Of a DNA stretch of 21,422 nt, positions 16,459 to 21,422 are shown piece by piece. Source of the stretch: Promethearchaeota archaeon (GTDB lineage Archaea; Asgardarchaeota; Lokiarchaeia; Sigyniarchaeales; SOKP01); the NCBI GenBank assembly GCA_048938445.1, contig JBHLME010000078.1:1-21422 (forward strand), in the 5' to 3' direction. Below the pieces are notes generated by a model, which searched no databases, had not been told where the DNA came from, and worked only from the letters and a program-made list of their open reading frames with translations. The translations under genes were made by a program, and so were the position numbers. Numbering within the stretch: position 1 is the stretch's first letter; the number at the start of each line of letters is the position of its first letter.

Positions 16459-18300
16459 GTGAATGGCTTGAAGGATAAATCAGTAGTAACTATTAAACCT
16501 TTAGCATATTATAAAATGCTATTGCATGTTTTGCGTTTTGGTTCAAAAGTAATGAATAAAAATAAATTCAATGAAGTAATGGGTGTTTTGATTGGTCGCC
16601 TTGAGGGAGAGGGTGAAATTAAAAATGTTATAGTGGAGGATGCCATTCCTGTTTCTCATGGTGGTTCAATTGAAGTTGAATTCTCTTCAGAACAGTTAGG
16701 TGCGTTTGGTCAACTTGATAATGAAATATGGGAGAATTATGGTGATTTAGGATGGTTTTCAGTTGGTTGGTATCATAGTCATCCAGGATTGACTATCTTT
16801 TTCTCTGGAACTGACATTAAAAATCAAATGTTTTGGCAAGGGAGAAATCCAAGTGGAATTGGAATTGTATTTGATCATAACTATTTGGAAACAGATAATG
16901 AATATAGAAAAGCACATAATATCAAAAAAGTATTAAGTCCTGGAGAAATAGATTATGGATTTAGGACATTTAGATTAATTGATCCATCAAGCATCACTTC
17001 AAAATGGTATGAAGTTGAGACCGTTATAGAATTGCCAGATAGTCTAGAATACTATTTAAAATTAGGTGAAATAATAGATAAAGTTCATACACAAGATTCT
17101 TTTATCTTAGAACTTAACGAGACACCAGATATATTTAGTAATGTGGTTATACCTTATCCCGACCAACTAATGGTCGATAGGTATGAAATAAATGTTGATG
17201 CTCTTTTAGTGACATTTAAAGAATCGGTATCAAAATTTATTGATTCTGCTTTTAATCCTTTACTTACTTTTCTTAACACATGGAGCCAAGAAATTGTTTC
17301 AAAAATTTTAACTAACAACACGCAAATCCGTGAATCTTTAGTTACTTTAAAAGAAACATTAAGTACTAAAATTTCTAAAATTCAAAGAGATTTTAAATCT
17401 TCTTTATCGTTTAAATTAGATGAAACAAATGGTTATATATCTGATAGGATTGAAAGGTTTGATAAAGAATTTGAAAGTATAGAAAATAATATATCAAATC
17501 TTAAACAAGATTTTGAAAATCAAATTAACCAAGTATTTAACCAAGAGATAAAACCTTCAGTGGAATCATTAGAAAATATGATAAAAGAGAATACTGCTTC
17601 ATTAATAGATATTAATGACAAGCAGAATAAAACTAAGGAAAGTATTGATCAAGAACAAGATGAAGCAATAGAAGTCTCGCAAAAAATTACTGCAGAAAAA
17701 GAATTGATTGCTAATAACATAAATGAATCAAAAGAAAAAATTAATAAACTCATCAATGAAAATGTCAACTCTTTTTCAGGTGAAATTGATTTGATAAATA
17801 ATCAAATAAAAGAGCTATCATCCACGATTGAAAATGTCATATTAGCTATAGAAATGTCTACTCAGTCTATTTCTACAATAAAAGAGCAAATGAATAAATT
17901 AAAATCTAAAAATGAGTCTCTAGAAAATAAAATTAAAGCATTAGAAAGCGACAATCCCGAGCTCTTAGAAAAAATTGATAATTTAACCTCTCTAGAATCT
18001 GAAAAAATTGAGCTTGATAAGAAAATAAATGAAATAACAGCTCAAAATACTAAATTAGAACAAGAAGTTAAGAATTTTGAAACTGAAAAACACACATTAC
18101 AAAAAGATTTAGACACGATAAAAACAGAAAAAACCGTTCTTGAAAATAAATTAAAGGAGATGGAAGGAAAAAATTCAGAAATTCAAGAAAAATATACAAA
18201 TTTAGAATCAGAAAGGGTGGAATTGCAGAAAAAAGTTAATCTTTTAGAAGAAGAGAGTGAAAAAGGTAAGAAAAAAAAAAAAGAAAAAAAAAAGAAATAA
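16459..18300 (+). CDS. Rpn11/CSN5-like MPN+ (JAMM) isopeptidase fused to a very long coiled coil and a poly-Lys tail
   Basis: KMLLH, EVMG (E39), GWYHSHPG (H106, H108), S116 and D119 form the canonical E...H-x-H-x7-S-x2-D motif. Also GIVFDH and FRLID. Roughly 350 aa of heptads. Ends KGKKKKKEKKKK. GTG start. Confidence 0.9.
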   Translation: MNGLKDKSVVTIKPLAYYKMLLHVLRFGSKVMNKNKFNEVMGVLIGRLEGEGEIKNVIVEDAIPVSHGGSIEVEFSSEQLGAFGQLDNEIWENYGDLGWFSVGWYHSHPGLTIFFSGTDIKNQMFWQGRNPSGIGIVFDHNYLETDNEYRKAHNIKKVLSPGEIDYGFRTFRLIDPSSITSKWYEVETVIELPDSLEYYLKLGEIIDKVHTQDSFILELNETPDIFSNVVIPYPDQLMVDRYEINVDALLVTFKESVSKFIDSAFNPLLTFLNTWSQEIVSKILTNNTQIRESLVTLKETLSTKISKIQRDFKSSLSFKLDETNGYISDRIERFDKEFESIENNISNLKQDFENQINQVFNQEIKPSVESLENMIKENTASLIDINDKQNKTKESIDQEQDEAIEVSQKITAEKELIANNINESKEKINKLINENVNSFSGEIDLINNQIKELSSTIENVILAIEMSTQSISTIKEQMNKLKSKNESLENKIKALESDNPELLEKIDNLTSLESEKIELDKKINEITAQNTKLEQEVKNFETEKHTLQKDLDTIKTEKTVLENKLKEMEGKNSEIQEKYTNLESERVELQKKVNLLEEESEKGKKKKKEKKKK

Positions 18301-18310
18301 AGTGAAGTAG

Positions 18311-19654
18311 ATGGCAGAAATAAAAAAAGTTTACATTAAAAAAGAAGCATATAGAAACATGATTACTCATGTGTTAAAATATGCGAGTAAATCATTAGAT
18401 TATTGTTCTCAAGTTATTGGAGTGTGTGTGGGAAAACCAAGAGCTAATCAGAATGAGTTTGACGTTGTATGGGCATTACCTTTAACACATGGTGATTATA
18501 TCGATGTTGAAGAAAATAAAGAGATAATGAATAATTTTTCTACAAATGAAGAACAAATTTGGATCAAACAAGGAAATACGGTTATAGGTTGGTATTGTTC
18601 TCATCCTAATGATGGATTAGATATAGTAGATTTAGACATAAAAAATCATCAATTTTTTCAAAAAAATTATAACTCAAATTGTTTTGTAATTGTTTTTGAT
18701 CATAATGAAATGGCAATAAAAGATAATCTTGGATTTAAAATTTATTATTTAGGAGATCAAGGCTTCAATGAAATTGAACATGATGTTGAAGTCCCAAACA
18801 CATTTGATTATTTTAGATGGGTAATGAAATTTGTTGAGGATTCTCAATTAAGAACTCCCGCATTAGATTTTTTTAAAGAAATTGGAGAAATTAAACCAAC
18901 TAAAACAAACTTACAAGAGATACCATTAGCTCCAGAAGATCTAACTGAAGAAACTGTTGAAAAAGTATATAAAAAACTTGAACCTATTGCATCAGGTCTT
19001 CAAGAAGGTGTCGAAAAATTTTCTGAAACTTTATTGGAACCTTTACTTTCCCAGTTAGATCAATGGACAAAACAAACAGCACGAGGAACTATTCAAGGAA
19101 CCCATTTACTACGAAATTCCATTAATCAAATGAAAGAGGCGATTTCTATTAGCATGTCAAAAATATCTAAGTGGTTTGAGAGTAATTTAGACGAATTAGT
19201 TGAAGATTTTAATGAAAGAATTTCTTATAATATCGATGAGAGAGTAAAAACTCAGATAGAATTATCTAAATTGGTTTCTACAGTAAAAGATGATACTTTA
19301 AATCACTTAAATGGTTTAATAAAGGAGAAAATCAATTTAATAATTAAGCAATTGGAAATAGGTGTTATAACTTTAAAGGAAAAGTCAAATGAAACATCAA
19401 CAATAGGCACTTCTATAGAATCTTCCATTATTAACTTATCAGAAAAATTGGAATCCCTAAAAAATAATGCAAATTCTCTCTCTGGGGATATTATTAATGA
19501 TTTAAAATCTTTTTCTAGTTCAATACAATCAAAACTGCAAGAAGAATTGGATAGACTAAATTCAAAAATTAAATCGATAAAAGAATCCAGTTCTGAACTT
19601 AATAACAAGCTCCAAAAGCTACAAGAAAATCTTAAAGATATCTCTGAATCATAA
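18311..19654 (+). CDS. Degenerate MPN- (pseudo-isopeptidase) paralogue with long helical/coiled-coil C-terminus
   Basis: Aligns by eye with the upstream gene but has QVIG for EVMG (Q34), GWYCSHP for GWYHSHP (C96) and V106 for the JAMM Ser. D109 is retained. Starts 10 bp after the upstream stop. Confidence 0.85.
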   Translation: MAEIKKVYIKKEAYRNMITHVLKYASKSLDYCSQVIGVCVGKPRANQNEFDVVWALPLTHGDYIDVEENKEIMNNFSTNEEQIWIKQGNTVIGWYCSHPNDGLDIVDLDIKNHQFFQKNYNSNCFVIVFDHNEMAIKDNLGFKIYYLGDQGFNEIEHDVEVPNTFDYFRWVMKFVEDSQLRTPALDFFKEIGEIKPTKTNLQEIPLAPEDLTEETVEKVYKKLEPIASGLQEGVEKFSETLLEPLLSQLDQWTKQTARGTIQGTHLLRNSINQMKEAISISMSKISKWFESNLDELVEDFNERISYNIDERVKTQIELSKLVSTVKDDTLNHLNGLIKEKINLIIKQLEIGVITLKEKSNETSTIGTSIESSIINLSEKLESLKNNANSLSGDIINDLKSFSSSIQSKLQEELDRLNSKIKSIKESSSELNNKLQKLQENLKDISES

Positions 19655-19773
19655 TTTTCTCAATTATAATTTTATTTAGCTCAAAATCATATTTTAGCTA
19701 TTTTATTTCAATATATTATAATAAAATTGATTCCAACAAAATCTTTTTAATAATGTTTAGTTAAATAAATATT

Positions 19774-20568
19774 ATGGTTACTCAAGCAGAATATTTAATG
19801 TTAACAACAATCGCATTGATATATGAATCATTAGTAATTGCATTATTTTCGTCTGTTTTATTTTTAGGATTAAAAAAATATCAACAAAAAAAGCATAAAC
19901 TTACTTTTTATTTAATCTTGATATTGGTAAATTTCACTGTTGCTGTTATTTTCTCATGGATTTCAAAATTACTCGTTCTTACTATAAGACTTGATTTTAA
20001 CCATGTCCCCGAGAATTTCATAAATGAATATGATGAAACAATTCCACTTTTTTGGTTCTTATATAGGATCACTGATTTTAGAGTTAGTTTCGTGTTTGTC
20101 ACATTAGCAATTTACTTTTCTTATGTCTTAAAGGTCAATTTATTTGAGAAAGGTTATAAGAAGATACAAAGAATTTTTGTTATTGTTTATTCAATATTTA
20201 CAGCTGTGTTCGCATTTTTCATGTATACAAGATCTAATAAAGAATTAGGTGATTTACTAGATATGCTTGCGTTCTTCTTCTTATTTTTACTAATGTTCCT
20301 AATTTATATCCCATTTTTTTTAAGAACGTTTAAAGCATATAGAAATGTTAATGATCCGGTATTCAAAAGAGGTTTTTTAGCTCTCGCATTCATGTCAATT
20401 TCCTTTGTATTAGTATTATTCTGCTTTCTAATTGACAGGTTAATGCTTCTTAATGTACCAGGATATGAAGTGGGATTCACGGTCTTTTATTATTTAGCTT
20501 GGCTTTTTTGCGTTCTTGGAGCAATATTAGGATATGTGGGATACATCAAACCGAGAACTGCAACTTAA
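19774..20568 (+). CDS. Stand-alone seven-transmembrane protein, paralogue 1
   Basis: Seven hydrophobic segments. Basic loops follow TM1, TM3 and TM5. No soluble domain. Confidence 0.8.
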   Translation: MVTQAEYLMLTTIALIYESLVIALFSSVLFLGLKKYQQKKHKLTFYLILILVNFTVAVIFSWISKLLVLTIRLDFNHVPENFINEYDETIPLFWFLYRITDFRVSFVFVTLAIYFSYVLKVNLFEKGYKKIQRIFVIVYSIFTAVFAFFMYTRSNKELGDLLDMLAFFFLFLLMFLIYIPFFLRTFKAYRNVNDPVFKRGFLALAFMSISFVLVLFCFLIDRLMLLNVPGYEVGFTVFYYLAWLFCVLGAILGYVGYIKPRTAT

Positions 20569-20574
20569 TATAAA

Positions 20575-20587
20575 TTTTTTTTATTTT
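20575..20587 (+). terminator. Possible oligo-T terminator between the 7TM paralogues
   Basis: TTTTTTTTATTTT begins 6 nt after the stop codon. Confidence 0.3.
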
Positions 20588-20623
20588 ATAGGATTTATAT
20601 ATTCGAACACTTGATATTATATT

Positions 20624-21370
20624 ATGATAGACTTATTACAACGTGTTGGATACGTTTTTGAGTTAATTGTTATTATTATTGCTATTATTCTTTTAATTTT
20701 GATCTTAATAAAATATTTAACAAAAAAGCACAAATTAACGTTATATTTATTCATAATTTTTTTAAATCTCACTTTAGCGATAATTTTTTCTTGGCTTTCT
20801 AAAGTATTTTATGTACATGCTAACGATTGGGGCTTAAATTATTTATTTAATGAATCAATACCAGCTCCTGATATATTTCAAACATGGTTTATTTACAGGA
20901 TAGCTGAATTTAGAATTAGTTTTGTTTTCTTCGCAATTGGAATGTACTATTCTTATATTTTAAAAGTAAAATTGTTCGAAAAAGGTTATAAAACTATTAG
21001 TAGATTATTTATGATTCTTTACTTTATTTTTACAGTGTTTTTTTCATTTTTTATATATATTAGAGGTAATATTATTCTGGATGTAATTGCATTTTTTTTA
21101 AACTTTTTATTTGTAGTTATAGTATATATTCCTCTAACATATGAAACATATCAAAGTTATAGAATTACTACTATACCAGCATATAAAAAGGGATTTTTAT
21201 CTTTATCAATAATGGGAATTTTTTTTATCCTAATATTGATGTGTTTTCTCTTTGATAGAATTCTAATTTTACTTGGAGGACCTGGTTTTAGCGTCTTCTA
21301 TTTTTTAGCGTGGATTTTTGCGATTTTAGGAATCTTTAGTACCTATTTGGGATATATCCAACCAAAATAA
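20624..21370 (+). CDS. Stand-alone seven-transmembrane protein, paralogue 2
   Basis: Shares KKHKLTxYL, FSWxSK, YRIxxFRxSFVF, SYxLKVxLFEKGYK, YIP, CFLxDR, GFxVFYxLAW and GYIxP with the preceding gene. Confidence 0.8.
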   Translation: MIDLLQRVGYVFELIVIIIAIILLILILIKYLTKKHKLTLYLFIIFLNLTLAIIFSWLSKVFYVHANDWGLNYLFNESIPAPDIFQTWFIYRIAEFRISFVFFAIGMYYSYILKVKLFEKGYKTISRLFMILYFIFTVFFSFFIYIRGNIILDVIAFFLNFLFVVIVYIPLTYETYQSYRITTIPAYKKGFLSLSIMGIFFILILMCFLFDRILILLGGPGFSVFYFLAWIFAILGIFSTYLGYIQPK

Positions 21371-21422
21371 GATGAATAATTTCTCCTATATACTTTTTAA
21401 AATTCAGAGGATATTATCTCTT

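Noticed and set aside
18261-18313. Programmed frameshift at the A12/A10 runs fusing the MPN+ and MPN- genes
   Set aside because: The second gene is in the +1 frame, but an in-frame TAG (18308-18310) lies immediately before its ATG. Fusion would need both a frameshift and stop read-through.
16459-19654. SMC/Rad50 or chemoreceptor annotation for the coiled-coil proteins
   Set aside because: No Walker A/B, signature motif, hinge or MCP hairpin signature. Any similarity would come from generic heptad composition.
14402-19654. CBASS/Bil-type anti-phage or ThiS/MoaD sulfur-carrier JAB operon
   Set aside because: No CD-NTase, E1/E2, Ubl, ThiF or cysteine synthase gene is in the window. The MPN domains are of the Rpn11/CSN5-like type with long helical tails.
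18311-19654. Pseudogene call for the degenerate MPN gene
   Set aside because: The ORF is full length with no stops or frameshifts, and structural motifs (GWY, SHP, VFDHN, GFK) are kept while catalytic residues are changed. This fits a pseudo-enzyme better than a decaying gene.
610-20102. Short antisense ORFs in the track (610-858, 1030-1215, 6783-7025, 9989-10204, 10919-11119, 13352-13663, 13910-14170, 14526-14717, 15702-15950, 19303-19608, 19908-20102)
   Set aside because: All lie opposite longer, well-supported genes. Most have the F/S/I/L-rich composition expected from the reverse strand of K/E-rich coding sequence, and none has a recognisable motif.
19774-21370. Rhodopsins (schizorhodopsin, heliorhodopsin or type 1)
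   Set aside because: Neither paralogue has a Lys in TM7 for a retinal Schiff base, and there is no recognisable rhodopsin helix C motif.

Overview
AT-rich (roughly 25-30% GC by eye), gene-dense prokaryotic window. The gene content points to an Asgard archaeon, most likely Lokiarchaeia/Promethearchaeia (inference): a tandem Roadblock/LAMTOR protein, several Rpn11/CSN5-like JAB/MPN proteins, a soluble PAS histidine kinase, stand-alone 7TM proteins and a COG2232-type ATP-grasp enzyme. The left half is mostly metabolic and signalling: pepD, a GT-C glycosyltransferase, an alpha/beta-hydrolase lacking the nucleophile Ser, a PHP histidinol-phosphatase, a DUF5714-like Cys-rich protein and a PAS-PAS kinase. 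The right half holds the best candidate for a new system: three MPN/JAMM + coiled-coil paralogues around a zinc-ribbon gene. Two form a closely spaced pair, an intact JAMM enzyme (16459-18300) followed by a degenerate pseudo-enzyme (18311-19654: E->Q, H->C, S->V). This mirrors the MPN+/MPN- heterodimer cores of the eukaryotic proteasome lid, COP9 signalosome and BRISC. The cluster is flanked by a ChlD-like AAA+/vWA protein and two tandem 7TM proteins. I saw no rRNA, tRNA, CRISPR array or mobile element. All family calls come from motif recognition, not database searches.
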